From: Candidatus Dojkabacteria bacterium
Lineage (GTDB): Bacteria; Patescibacteriota; Dojkabacteria; B142; OLB20
Assembly: GCA_046753765.1 (NCBI GenBank)
Contig: JBHHUN010000007.1
Location: 1-57,134, forward strand
Direction: 5' to 3'
Length of the DNA stretch: 57,134 nt
Below are positions 1-9,695 of this stretch, piece by piece. Under the pieces are notes generated by a model that searched no databases, was not told where the DNA came from, and worked only from the letters and a program-made list of their open reading frames with translations. The position numbers were made by a program, and so were the translations under genes. The first letter of the stretch is position 1; each line of letters begins with the position of its first letter.

Positions 1-207
1 GCATGTCTTTTGACAGCGAGGTCGAAGGCCTCCTCTTCCATGCATAAATTAGCACCTCTTCCGGAAAGCTTCCCACCAGGATCAATAACCACCACACCAT
101 CGGAATTTCGGACAAATCGGACCATCTCGTTTTTAGGCAGCTTTTCTCCAGTCCCAATACAGGTCCGAATTGCGTCCCTGCTTTTTGCTGCAGGTTTACC
201 TTTCATC

Positions 208-1509
208 TTATTTGAGTTTGGCTTTAATCTCTTCAACTGATTTTGGACCGATCCCCTTGATAGCTTCTCCAGCTTCTATTTTCTCTTTAAGCTCATCGAG
301 TGTGGCTATCCCTGCTTTACCAAGTGCTGTCTCAACTCTTTTTGGTAGACCAAGTTCGGTAATACCAGCCGGAAGAACAGTTTCAACCTTTGCTTCCTTC
401 CCTTTACCTTTTACTTCCTTTTTATCATCATCGGGGCTATCGATTTTAATTGTTTCACCCTCAATATCGATGTTCCACCCTGTGAGCTTCGCAGCCAATC
501 TAACATTCTGTCCTTCTTTTCCAATCGCAAGCGAAAGTTGATCATCGGGGACTATCACCTTAGCCTCCTTTTCATCCTCATCAGTCAGTGTCACGCTTAT
601 GACCTGAGCAGGACTGAGAGCGTTGGCAATAAAAGCTGAGATGTTCTCATCCCAAAGTATGATATCGATCTTTTCTTCGATATTTCCAAAACGAAGCTCG
701 TTCATGATCGCATTTATTCGGACACCTTTTTGCCCAACACACGATCCAATAGGATCAACTCCTTCGGTATTTGAACTTACAGCAACCTTGGACCTTGACC
801 CAGCCTCTCTTGCGACAGCCTTAATCTCCACTGAACCAGACACTATCTCGGGAACCTCGAGCGAAAATAGCCCCTTCAAAAACTCGGGGTCGGTTCTTGA
901 GATAATTAACTGTTTGCCCCTGGCACCTTCACGAATATCTTTAATTAGCACCTTCATTCTCGTTCCACTTTTATAGAATTCGACCGGAATGCGTTCTTCT
1001 TGTGGCATTACGGCGACGGCCCTTCGAATCTCAAAGATCACGCTATCACCGTCCATCCTCTGAACGACAGCGTAGTCTATCTCTCCGATCTTATCTTTGA
1101 ACTCAACCATTATTGCCTCTTTTTCAGACTCACGAATCTTTTGCAGTATCACTTGCTTGGCAGCTTGAGCAGCCACCCTTCCAAAATCACCACTAGGTGT
1201 GATATCTACCTGAACATGGTCTCCTACCTTCAGTTTGGATTCAAGCTTTTGTGCATCTTCCAGAGAAATCTGTGTAGGCGGATTTGTGACCTCATCAACA
1301 ACCTTTTTATCGGCATAAACACTGATGCTTCCGCCAACCGGATCAATCTCTACCTCAATATTGACACCCTCCTCTTCAGGATAATCCCTGCGAAAACCAG
1401 CCTTGACTGCAGTCTTTATGGCTTCAAGTACTTCTTCTGGGTCGATATTTCGCTCAGCAGCTATCTGATTAATCGCAGATAGAAAGTCTGTTTGTGATGA
1501 CATTGGCAT
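208..1509 (-). CDS. nusA: Transcription termination/antitermination factor NusA
   Basis: NusA N-domain, S1 and KH motifs (AREAGSRSKVAV, VGQKGVRI, SLAIGKEGQNVRLAAKLTGWNIDI), short C-terminal HhH-like tail. Start may be the second Met (1503). Confidence 0.97.
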   Translation of the reverse strand: MPMSSQTDFLSAINQIAAERNIDPEEVLEAIKTAVKAGFRRDYPEEEGVNIEVEIDPVGGSISVYADKKVVDEVTNPPTQISLEDAQKLESKLKVGDHVQVDITPSGDFGRVAAQAAKQVILQKIRESEKEAIMVEFKDKIGEIDYAVVQRMDGDSVIFEIRRAVAVMPQEERIPVEFYKSGTRMKVLIKDIREGARGKQLIISRTDPEFLKGLFSLEVPEIVSGSVEIKAVAREAGSRSKVAVSSNTEGVDPIGSCVGQKGVRINAIMNELRFGNIEEKIDIILWDENISAFIANALSPAQVISVTLTDEDEKEAKVIVPDDQLSLAIGKEGQNVRLAAKLTGWNIDIEGETIKIDSPDDDKKEVKGKGKEAKVETVLPAGITELGLPKRVETALGKAGIATLDELKEKIEAGEAIKGIGPKSVEEIKAKLK

Positions 1510-1554
1510 GAGTTAAAAAATAAAGAAATCCTGTAGGTGAATAGATGTCTTTAA

Positions 1555-1585
1555 ATAAACGGTGAGCATCAAGCCCACCTTCTAC
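1555..1585 (-). promoter_or_regulatory. Leader hairpin upstream of nusA resembling the rimP/nusA leader motif
   Basis: Minus strand reads AGAAGGTGGGC-TTGAT-GCTCACC-GTTTATTT: 7-bp stem at 1561-1579, about 50 nt before the start. Candidate promoter TTGTCA (1632-1627), 18 nt, TATTAT (1608-1603) lies upstream. Confidence 0.5.
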
Positions 1586-1700
1586 AAGTCGTATTCCCTA
1601 CAATAATACCAGACACAGCCCGTAATTGACAAACAAACCCCAAGGCTTAAAAATATACTTTAATGTGATGCTTTGTGTTTTAGTTGTATAATCAGCCTAA

Positions 1701-2243
1701 ATGATTGTCAGATCAAAACCTGAACAACCAGATATCCATCCATTACAAACTGCCAGAGGGCAAATGGAGACTCCACCGGAAAGTGTTCCCGCTGTTCCGA
1801 GTGAAAACCAGATGAGCATGGAGCTTCAGGGATCACGGTGGGAGTTTTTGTACAGGTTGAAACGTAGGCTCGCAAAAATCAGCATTCTTGTTGAAGCACT
1901 TCCCTACTGGCGTAACATGAACACTATTCTCGCCTTTTTGACATCGGTGACCATAGTTGTCGCGCTGTTTTACTCAATTAGCACGAATTTTGCCAAGCTA
2001 CCAGACAAGGTTCCCCTGTTTTTCCTGCAGTCCAGTAAAAGCTGGGAGCTTGTTGACAAAGAGATCTTGATTCCAATCCCGATATTTTTAGCCGTAACCT
2101 TAATCTTGCTTAACAAATTCAGTGGCGATGTATACAGATTTGATCGACGACTTTCATTTATGATGAACACCGGCATCGTCCTGTTCAATATTCTGGGGAT
2201 GCTAGCGTACTTTCAAATAACGTCACTTATTTTAGTGTTCTGA
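1701..2243 (+). CDS. Membrane protein, about 3 TM helices (DUF1648-like)
   Basis: Hydrophobic segments and LPDKVPLFF motif; co-oriented 10 nt upstream of the transferase gene. Confidence 0.65.
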   Translation: MIVRSKPEQPDIHPLQTARGQMETPPESVPAVPSENQMSMELQGSRWEFLYRLKRRLAKISILVEALPYWRNMNTILAFLTSVTIVVALFYSISTNFAKLPDKVPLFFLQSSKSWELVDKEILIPIPIFLAVTLILLNKFSGDVYRFDRRLSFMMNTGIVLFNILGMLAYFQITSLILVF

Positions 2244-2253
2244 TTATTGATCT

Positions 2254-3444
2254 ATGGAGGCCAATATCTTCGAACCATATCTTGATCTGCTGCCATATAT
2301 GGCTGCGGCATTCTTTGTCAGCTTGTTGTTGACGCCAGTTATTGGTTATCTAGCTACAAAATACAGATTCATTGACCTGCCAGCGAAATTACGTAAAAGA
2401 ACCGACAAAACAATAGACCAGAGGATACACGATGAGGCCAAACCAAGGCTTGGCGGGCTTGCAGTTTTGATCCCCTTTTTCCTGATTGCTTTTGCAGGCT
2501 CAACACTCACCTCTCAGGTATGGGGGATGCTTCTGGGTCTTGGAATCATCGTTATAGTTGGAGTGCTTGATGACAAGTATGAGCTTTCAGGGGGTGTCCA
2601 ATTTGCATTTCAACTTTTGGCGGCAATTATTGTTGTCGTGAGTGGTGTGAGCATTACTCATGTTGACGTTGCGGGGCTTAGTATCGACTTCAACAGTTTC
2701 TCGAGAGAATTAAATCTCGGCAGTTTCATTTATAACTTTGTTTTTCCAGCAGATCTAATAACTGTTGGATGGATCATGATCATCGTAAACGCATTAAACT
2801 GGGTTTGTGGAATTGACGCTTTAGGTGAAGGTATTACGTTTATTGCTGCACTTACTACCATGATCTTAGCTGTCCGGGTCGGGTCACCGGAGTTTGCTAT
2901 CTTCCCGGCATTACTGGTGGCAGGACTATTAGGATTTATTCCTTACAACTTTCCTCCATCAAAGATTATCGGAGGGACAGCCGGACACACCGGATATGGA
3001 TTTTTGCTGGCTGTTTTAGCTATCCTCAGCGGTGCCAAGATCACGTCCGGTATTATCCTGCTCAGTATTCCACTAGTAGACATGGGCTGGGTGCTCCTCA
3101 ACAGGATGCGCGACCATAAAACAGTTAATATCTTCAAGCTGTTCTCAATAAGTGGAAGGGTTCACCTGCACCACCGTTTGATGTCATTGGGTTTCTCGGG
3201 CAAACAGACTCTATATATCGAAACGTCAGCTATGGCTGTCGTCTCATTGATTGCGTTGTACTTTGGTGACTTCAATACTTCTTTGATTACACTAGTTCTA
3301 GTGATCGCACTGCTCATAATCTTTTTCACTATCATATCACTGCGAACCCGCAACAAGCCAAGCACCCCAAAGCCTCCCCCTAGTGAACCTGAACCGCCAG
3401 TTATTGACACCGGTCCTACCCCTGAAGAAAAATACGCTTACTAA
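2254..3444 (+). CDS. Undecaprenyl-phosphate GlcNAc-1-phosphate transferase (MraY/WecA/TagO family)
   Basis: Multi-TM; PRLGGLAV, GVLDDKYEL, NALNWVCGIDAL, YNFPPSKI and HLHHRL motifs. Confidence 0.9.
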   Translation: MEANIFEPYLDLLPYMAAAFFVSLLLTPVIGYLATKYRFIDLPAKLRKRTDKTIDQRIHDEAKPRLGGLAVLIPFFLIAFAGSTLTSQVWGMLLGLGIIVIVGVLDDKYELSGGVQFAFQLLAAIIVVVSGVSITHVDVAGLSIDFNSFSRELNLGSFIYNFVFPADLITVGWIMIIVNALNWVCGIDALGEGITFIAALTTMILAVRVGSPEFAIFPALLVAGLLGFIPYNFPPSKIIGGTAGHTGYGFLLAVLAILSGAKITSGIILLSIPLVDMGWVLLNRMRDHKTVNIFKLFSISGRVHLHHRLMSLGFSGKQTLYIETSAMAVVSLIALYFGDFNTSLITLVLVIALLIIFFTIISLRTRNKPSTPKPPPSEPEPPVIDTGPTPEEKYAY

Positions 3445-3501
3445 TGGGTTGCTTTTAGGGTATGATATCGGTATCAATTTTATCTATCTACAAAAATAAC
3501 A

Positions 3502-3786
3502 ATGGGTGCAACAGTTACCAACATAAGTAAAGGGCATCAGAAAGGGACTCATCCCAAAAGTAAGTATATTGTCGAAGTCCTTCAGGAACCTTGTATTGGC
3601 GCTGCAAGCTGCGTTGCAATAGCAGCTGAAACTTTTGAACTCAATGAGGCCAATAAGGCATACATTCTTGAAACGGATTGGGATTCAGATGACCTGGTTT
3701 TGGCGGCAGCACAATCGTGCCCGGTGTTTGCAATCATCATCAAAGATGCTAAAACTGGCAAGCAGATATTCCCTCAAGAGGAATAA
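3502..3786 (+). CDS. Single-cluster ferredoxin, probably [3Fe-4S]
   Basis: CIGAASC...CPVFAI; the second cluster Cys is replaced by Ala. Confidence 0.87.
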   Translation: MGATVTNISKGHQKGTHPKSKYIVEVLQEPCIGAASCVAIAAETFELNEANKAYILETDWDSDDLVLAAAQSCPVFAIIIKDAKTGKQIFPQEE

Positions 3787-4562
3787 TCACTAAGCTCTTT
3801 ATCCCTGACAACAAGACTCCAGAGATAATCAAACTGCTGCAGCTCATGCCTGGTGAGCTCTTTATCGCTAATTAGCGTAGCTGTATCTCTGTTCGTATCA
3901 ATAAGGGCAGCGTACTGCTCCCAGATAATCTTCACAGTGTTTTGTGTAAGGCTTTCTTCATGTCGTATTAGCGCAATCCTATGGTTGTCTGTCTCCCAAT
4001 CTTGCTTGTATGAAAACGTTTTCGCGGAATAGTTAAGCAGCTCGCGGATCTGACGTTCCTGCTCTCTGAGTTCAGAATTGATATTTTTTTCATATTTGCT
4101 CAAGATCGCTATCCCTGGGAGTTTCTCCGTAGTATTCGCATACACCGCCAATGATCTGCCACTTTGAACTATCTGCACTATCAGCTCACGTAGATCAGCC
4201 TTCCCATTCAGGTATGTGACCTTCGGAATTCTGAATGTATTTTCATATCTCCGCATGAGCTCTTCCATATTGAGACTTATCTCTTCGTAATCCTGCCTGA
4301 CCTGCTTTAATCTGGTTTCAAGCTGATCTTCAATTAGCTTTGGAGACTGCGGCTCATACACCTTGGACTTACCCTCTTTTGACTCTTTAACAAACCCAAA
4401 ACTTATTAGTTGAGGCAGGTATTCATAAATTGAACTCCTGGGAATGGATGTATCCCTTGCCAGTGTCAGTATAGTCGACCTGCCTTTATCTAAGAGGTAT
4501 TGATAGATTATGGCATGATTTTCAGTCGTGCCAAGTTGCTTGAATACTCTTTCTAGATCCAT
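3774..4562 (-). CDS. TrmB-family transcriptional regulator
   Basis: N-terminal wHTH (LARDTSIPRSSIYEYLPQLISFGFV) plus YLNGK..L C-terminal sensor domain. Confidence 0.8.
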   Translation of the reverse strand: MDLERVFKQLGTTENHAIIYQYLLDKGRSTILTLARDTSIPRSSIYEYLPQLISFGFVKESKEGKSKVYEPQSPKLIEDQLETRLKQVRQDYEEISLNMEELMRRYENTFRIPKVTYLNGKADLRELIVQIVQSGRSLAVYANTTEKLPGIAILSKYEKNINSELREQERQIRELLNYSAKTFSYKQDWETDNHRIALIRHEESLTQNTVKIIWEQYAALIDTNRDTATLISDKELTRHELQQFDYLWSLVVRDKELSDYSS

Positions 4563-4648
4563 AATCTGAATAATAACACATTTATGTCGAACCTACTGAC
4601 ATAATAACAATAGATCACAAGTTAAAGTCTGATGGCTAAAGTGCTAAT

Positions 4649-4948
4649 ATGAATAAAATTATGGACAGCGAAGAGATTTTAACATGTCCCGTGTGTAACG
4701 GATGGGGGTCTACCCCTCTACCTTTGGATGCTCACTTCAAGAGCTGCCCTAACTGTCACGGTGATGCATTGCAGCTCTCTAACCCCAAATTTATTTTGTA
4801 TTGGGATATGCCCGGGTACTTCGACTATTCAGGCAGACAAAGAAGCCGCATTGGTCGTTACGGCTTGATAGTTGTAATACTTGTAGTCATCACAGGAACC
4901 GTTCTGCTACTGGTATTTTTAGCGTCGCAGACATTGAATTTAATATGA
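4649..4948 (+). CDS. Small Zn-finger protein with C-terminal TM helix
   Basis: CPVCNGWG...CPNCHG (DnaJ-like CxxCxGxG) and a hydrophobic tail; ATGA overlap with the next gene. Confidence 0.7.
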   Translation: MNKIMDSEEILTCPVCNGWGSTPLPLDAHFKSCPNCHGDALQLSNPKFILYWDMPGYFDYSGRQRSRIGRYGLIVVILVVITGTVLLLVFLASQTLNLI

Positions 4949-7203
4949 GTGCACCACAGGCACAACCACAAGTAAGACGGATAAAACCTCAACCTCATGC
5001 CCAAGAGGATACTGCAGGAAAAGTGATTCTCAACTTGTCAGAGTATATGGCCAAAGGCGTTTTCCGCTTCCTGCTCGATCTTGGGGACAGAGCCCACAAC
5101 CGTGGGAAGAAAATCATTACTATCTATGACATGTTTCTTTCACTTGAAAGACTCCCACAGTTTGCAAACGAAAACGTTCGTCTCAAGTATGACAAACTTG
5201 AAGTAGAAGAAAAGATGCTTCTGGCAATCAAAAGAGTTGTTGTTCCTGTAAGAGTTGAAGGAAAAGTCTTCTTTACTCCGCGGTTAAAAAGCCTGCTCCT
5301 TCACGCGTTTTTGCTCTCCAAAAGGACGGTTGACAGTAAGATCACATTAAAAGACATTTGGCAGAGCCTGTTTGAGTCCGAGGAGATCTCAACACTCATC
5401 TTTGGGAAGGCGGCCAAGCAACAAACTATTACAGCTCAAAAAAACGAGACTCCTGCACAAACTCAAATATCTACACTTTCACAGCTTGCACCCAATATCG
5501 CCAAACTGACACAAGACCTGACACTTGTGTATAAGAGCAACACCGTCAAGCCAATGATTAATCGACAAAAAGAGCTGAACCAACTGCTTAGGATCATGAC
5601 CCGGGAAGATAATCACAATCCCCTTCTGGTTGGAGAAAGCGGGGTTGGCAAAGAAACCCTCGTCCACGGGTTGGCGTACGAGCTCATATACAACCAACAG
5701 ATTCCCGCCTACCTAAAAGACTACAGGGTTTTGCAGTTGAACTTCTCAACACTCATCGCCAGCTCTGAGTACCCCGGCAGTAACCTCCCTCAGTTTATGG
5801 ATGAGATCAATAGAATCGGGAAGCTTATCCTCTTCGTTGATGGAATACGGTTTTCTCAGGTGTCACAAGAGCAATACGTGCTCAATAACTTTTTGTCGCT
5901 ATTGTTTAGAAACAACTCAATTATTGTAATTATCTCAACTGACCCTGCGTTTTATCTCTCGCAGCTGGAAAAAGAGCAGACCATTAAAGAAAACTTTGAG
6001 GTTATCAAAGTTGAGGAGCCCACAAAAGAAGTTTTACTGCAGATTCTTGCAGAGGAAACATCCATAATAAGCAAGAAGCACAACATTCAGATCGACTCTG
6101 GGATATTCGAGCCGCTCATTGATCTTGCGAAACGATATATGGCTTCGAGTTCGTTCCCTCAGAAGGCTATTTCACTTCTGGGCGAATCTGCAGCAGCAGC
6201 CCGGTTAAGCAAGCAGTCATCAATTAATATCGACAACATAAAAAAGATCCTTGCTGAAAAAACTGGAATCCCGATCCAATCTATATCTGTATCTGATCGC
6301 GAGAAACTACTGAAGTTAGAGGGAGAGCTTAACAGTGTTGTTATCGGGCAACAACACGCTGTTAGCGAGGTGGTTGAGGCCATAAAACGATCACGTGCCG
6401 GCTTAAAAGATGCAAAGAAGCCAATTGGATCGTTTCTGTTCTTGGGACCGACTGGTGTTGGAAAGACCGAGCTGGCTAAACAGATCGCCTCAAAATACTA
6501 TGAGGACGCAAAGGCGTTCGTGAGGCTCGATATGAGTGAGTACTCTGAAAAACACACCAGCCAGAGGCTGATCGGATCTCCGCCAGGATACACTGGCTAC
6601 GAAGAGGGCGGTCAATTTACCAACCCGGTTATACAAAAGCCCTACTCTCTTATACTTCTTGATGAGGCTGAGAAAGCGCATCCACAGATCTTTGACATCT
6701 TTCTGCAAGTGCTCGATGAAGGTCGTTTAACTGATTCGCGTGGTAAGCTGGCTGATTTTAGAAACTCCATTCTAATCTTTACGAGCAACATAGCATCACA
6801 ATTAATACTTGAGGACCTTTCCAGTGCCGAATCAAATTTCAAGAAGAGTCCAAAAGCGTACTATGAGCAGGTGATCCTCCCCGAACTTCTGAAGGTCTTC
6901 AGACCGGAGTTTATCAACAGATTCGATGAGATTATTCCATTTAACCCCCTCGGTGTCCATGAGTTGATTGAAATCGCCAAGCTGAAAATCAGACGGGTCA
7001 AACACAATTTAAAAGAGAAGCAGATCACACTCGAGACACCAGACACAGAGCTTGAAAAACTTGTACGAGCAGCATATGACCCAAGGTTTGGGGCACGTCC
7101 AATTGAAAGGATGATTAAAGACAAGATTGAAACACCGATTGCAGAGAAGATAGTTGCCGGAGGATTTACCGGTGGAAATATTATAAACTGGAAATATCAA
7201 TAA
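4945..7203 (+). CDS. ClpA/B/C-family AAA+ ATPase with degenerate first nucleotide-binding domain
   Basis: Clp_N-like FFTPRLKSLL; D1 GESGVGKE / LFVDG; intact D2 GPTGVGKT, RLDMSEY, GSPPGYTGY, LLDEAEKAH, FRPEFINR, GARP. Start reassigned from 4801 to the ATG at 4945. Confidence 0.9.
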   Translation: MSAPQAQPQVRRIKPQPHAQEDTAGKVILNLSEYMAKGVFRFLLDLGDRAHNRGKKIITIYDMFLSLERLPQFANENVRLKYDKLEVEEKMLLAIKRVVVPVRVEGKVFFTPRLKSLLLHAFLLSKRTVDSKITLKDIWQSLFESEEISTLIFGKAAKQQTITAQKNETPAQTQISTLSQLAPNIAKLTQDLTLVYKSNTVKPMINRQKELNQLLRIMTREDNHNPLLVGESGVGKETLVHGLAYELIYNQQIPAYLKDYRVLQLNFSTLIASSEYPGSNLPQFMDEINRIGKLILFVDGIRFSQVSQEQYVLNNFLSLLFRNNSIIVIISTDPAFYLSQLEKEQTIKENFEVIKVEEPTKEVLLQILAEETSIISKKHNIQIDSGIFEPLIDLAKRYMASSSFPQKAISLLGESAAAARLSKQSSINIDNIKKILAEKTGIPIQSISVSDREKLLKLEGELNSVVIGQQHAVSEVVEAIKRSRAGLKDAKKPIGSFLFLGPTGVGKTELAKQIASKYYEDAKAFVRLDMSEYSEKHTSQRLIGSPPGYTGYEEGGQFTNPVIQKPYSLILLDEAEKAHPQIFDIFLQVLDEGRLTDSRGKLADFRNSILIFTSNIASQLILEDLSSAESNFKKSPKAYYEQVILPELLKVFRPEFINRFDEIIPFNPLGVHELIEIAKLKIRRVKHNLKEKQITLETPDTELEKLVRAAYDPRFGARPIERMIKDKIETPIAEKIVAGGFTGGNIINWKYQ

Positions 7204-7204
7204 C

Positions 7205-7405
7205 ATGGTTGGAGCAAACCCAGATCACAACAATCCTGATTCAATAATCCCCGGAGTGGATCCTGACCAACCGTACCAGACCGGAGATTTCTCGACTCCA
7301 GGAAAACAGGTACAAGACAGAGGATTCATTGCAGGTATTGCCCGTTTATTGCAGAACCCAAAAGACTTCATCTGGTTTGCAAACAAAAAACTCAAAGAAA
7401 AATAA
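7205..7405 (+). CDS. Small hypothetical protein (66 aa)
   Basis: ATG 1 nt after the Clp stop; fills the gap before sufC; no family recognised. Confidence 0.45.
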   Translation: MVGANPDHNNPDSIIPGVDPDQPYQTGDFSTPGKQVQDRGFIAGIARLLQNPKDFIWFANKKLKEK

Positions 7406-7481
7406 CTCTTTACAGTAATTCAACACATTTTTGTTACAATAATCCTGTCTTACCCAGAGACCTGTCACATGAGATACACAG

Positions 7482-8210
7482 ATGATCGATATTAAAAATC
7501 TCCACGCTACAATTGATGGACAAGAGATCTTGAAGGGAGTCAATCTCAGCCTTGAACCTGGACAGCTTCAAATCCTCATGGGACCAAATGGTTCTGGCAA
7601 ATCAACACTCGCTAAAGCGCTGCTCGGTCACCCAAGTGTTACCGTGACTCGGGGCTCTATCGAACTTGATGGCCGGGACGTTACAGATCTGGATCCAAAC
7701 GAGCGATCACTCGCCGGATTGTTTATGGCTTTTCAATACCCAACAGAAGTCCCGGGTGTAAACTTTAGTAACTTCCTGCGGATGGCGTACAACGCAAGAC
7801 TCAAAGAAAAGAACAAGCTTCCCGTATTCAAGTTTAGAAAGATAATTAAGGAGAAGGCGGAGCTTCTAGATATTGATCCTGAACTGCTGGACAGAAATCT
7901 CAATGAGGGTTTATCTGGAGGAGAAAAAAAGAAGGCCGAGATCTTGCAGCTGGCTGTTCTTGAGCCAAAGTATGCAATTCTTGACGAAACCGATTCGGGG
8001 CTCGATATTGATGCCCTGCGAACAGTTTTTACAGGTGTAAAGAAACTGATGACCACTGACAAAAAAATGGGGATACTTGTAATTACTCACTACCAGAGAA
8101 TATTTGACTACATAAAACCCGACAAAGCTATGATCATGAAAGAGGGAAGTATAACTGAAAGTGGAGATATGCAGCTGGTAAGAGACATCTTAAAGACTGG
8201 CTATAAGTGA
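7482..8210 (+). CDS. sufC: Fe-S cluster assembly ATPase SufC
   Basis: GPNGSGKST, FQYPTEVPG, LSGGEKKK, LDETDSGLDIDAL. Confidence 0.97.
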   Translation: MIDIKNLHATIDGQEILKGVNLSLEPGQLQILMGPNGSGKSTLAKALLGHPSVTVTRGSIELDGRDVTDLDPNERSLAGLFMAFQYPTEVPGVNFSNFLRMAYNARLKEKNKLPVFKFRKIIKEKAELLDIDPELLDRNLNEGLSGGEKKKAEILQLAVLEPKYAILDETDSGLDIDALRTVFTGVKKLMTTDKKMGILVITHYQRIFDYIKPDKAMIMKEGSITESGDMQLVRDILKTGYK

Positions 8211-8225
8211 TCTTACTCGAGAAAG

Positions 8226-9686
8226 ATGGCGGATAACCTTCAAAAGTCAAAAACAAATGCCGGTGAGGTAGCCACAGAAGAGGTCAGGGTTGCGAGCGGC
8301 ATTAATAGTGACTACGAGTCAAAATATGGTTTCCATGATGACGTTGCCAGCAGTGTTAACATTGGTAAAGGCATCAGTGAAAAGATTATCAGACAGATCT
8401 CTAAACTTAAGGGTGAAGATAAATGGATGCTCAATCAGAGGCTTAGAGCTTTCAAAATCTTCAAAGAGAAACCACTGCCAAAGTGGGGGGCTGAGCTTGG
8501 AGGCATCAAGTTTGACGACATTCACTATTTTGTCCGCGCAACAGATAAACAGGGGCGCAGCTGGGATGAGGTTCCTGCAGAGATAAAAGATACATTTGAT
8601 AAGCTTGGAATCCCCCAGGCAGAAAGGAAGTTTTTGGCGGGGGTTGCCACACAATACGAATCTGAAGTGGTTTATCAAAATCTTCAGAAGAGATTCACAG
8701 ATAAAGGGATTATTTTCTTAGATACTGACACTGCGTATAAAAAACACCCGGATATATTCCACGAGCATTTTGGAAAAGTCGTCCCTTCAACAGATAACAA
8801 ATTCGCTGCTCTTAATACATCTGTCTGGAGTGGTGGAACATTTATTTACGTTCCGAAAGGAGTTAAGGTTGATATCCCGCTGCAGGCATACTTCAGAATT
8901 AATGCCCAGAACATGGGACAGTTCGAAAGAACGCTCATAATCGCCGATGAAGGGAGCGAGATTCACTACATTGAGGGTTGTACAGCACCTGTTTATTCAA
9001 GTGATTCACTGCACAGCGCTGTGGTTGAGATCATCGTCAAAAGAAATGCTCGTGTCCGGTATACAACACTACAAAACTGGTCTAATAACGTTTACAACCT
9101 CGTGACCAAACGTGCGATTGTTAGGGGCAACGGTGTCATGGAGTGGGTTGACTGCAACCTCGGCTCAAAGGTAACCATGAAATACCCTGCTGTTCATCTG
9201 ACCGAACCTGGCGCACACGGAGAGGTGCTTTCAATTGCTCTAGCTGGTAAAGGTCAGCATCAGGATGCCGGTGCGAAAGCTGTTCACAGCGCACCAAACA
9301 CGTCAAGCGTCATCCAGTCAAAGTCAATCTGCAAAGATGGCGGGAGAACAACTTACCGCGGACTTCTCAAGATGACAAAAGGATCCAAGGGATCAAAATC
9401 AAAAGTAATCTGCGACGCACTGATCCTTGATAATAAATCACAAACAGATACTTATCCATACAATATTATCAATGAAAAAGAGGTTAGCGTTGGGCACGAG
9501 GCCAGTGTCAGTAAGGTTAACGAAGAGCAGTTGTTCTATCTGATGTCTCGTGGTTTATCCGAGGAAGAGGCAGCATCACTCGTCGTTTCGGGTTTCATTG
9601 AGCCGATAGTCAAAGAGCTGCCAATGGAATACGCCATGGAGATGAACGCGCTGATTCAGATGACAATGGCAGGGTCAGTTGGATAG
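8226..9686 (+). CDS. sufB: Fe-S cluster assembly scaffold SufB
   Basis: [35 protein letters not shown]. Confidence 0.97.
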   Translation: MADNLQKSKTNAGEVATEEVRVASGINSDYESKYGFHDDVASSVNIGKGISEKIIRQISKLKGEDKWMLNQRLRAFKIFKEKPLPKWGAELGGIKFDDIHYFVRATDKQGRSWDEVPAEIKDTFDKLGIPQAERKFLAGVATQYESEVVYQNLQKRFTDKGIIFLDTDTAYKKHPDIFHEHFGKVVPSTDNKFAALNTSVWSGGTFIYVPKGVKVDIPLQAYFRINAQNMGQFERTLIIADEGSEIHYIEGCTAPVYSSDSLHSAVVEIIVKRNARVRYTTLQNWSNNVYNLVTKRAIVRGNGVMEWVDCNLGSKVTMKYPAVHLTEPGAHGEVLSIALAGKGQHQDAGAKAVHSAPNTSSVIQSKSICKDGGRTTYRGLLKMTKGSKGSKSKVICDALILDNKSQTDTYPYNIINEKEVSVGHEASVSKVNEEQLFYLMSRGLSEEEAASLVVSGFIEPIVKELPMEYAMEMNALIQMTMAGSVG

Positions 9687-9695
9687 CTATGTAAT

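Noticed and set aside
170-1482. Plus-strand ORFs of 76-160 aa over nusA, and similar short overlapping ORFs over suf, dus, gdhA, zwf and LCP
   Set aside because: Antisense or alternate-frame shadows of well-supported genes, with no recognisable motifs.
4801-4944. 48-aa N-terminal extension of the Clp ATPase
   Set aside because: Overlaps the Zn-finger gene in another frame; the ATGA junction at 4945 is the better start.
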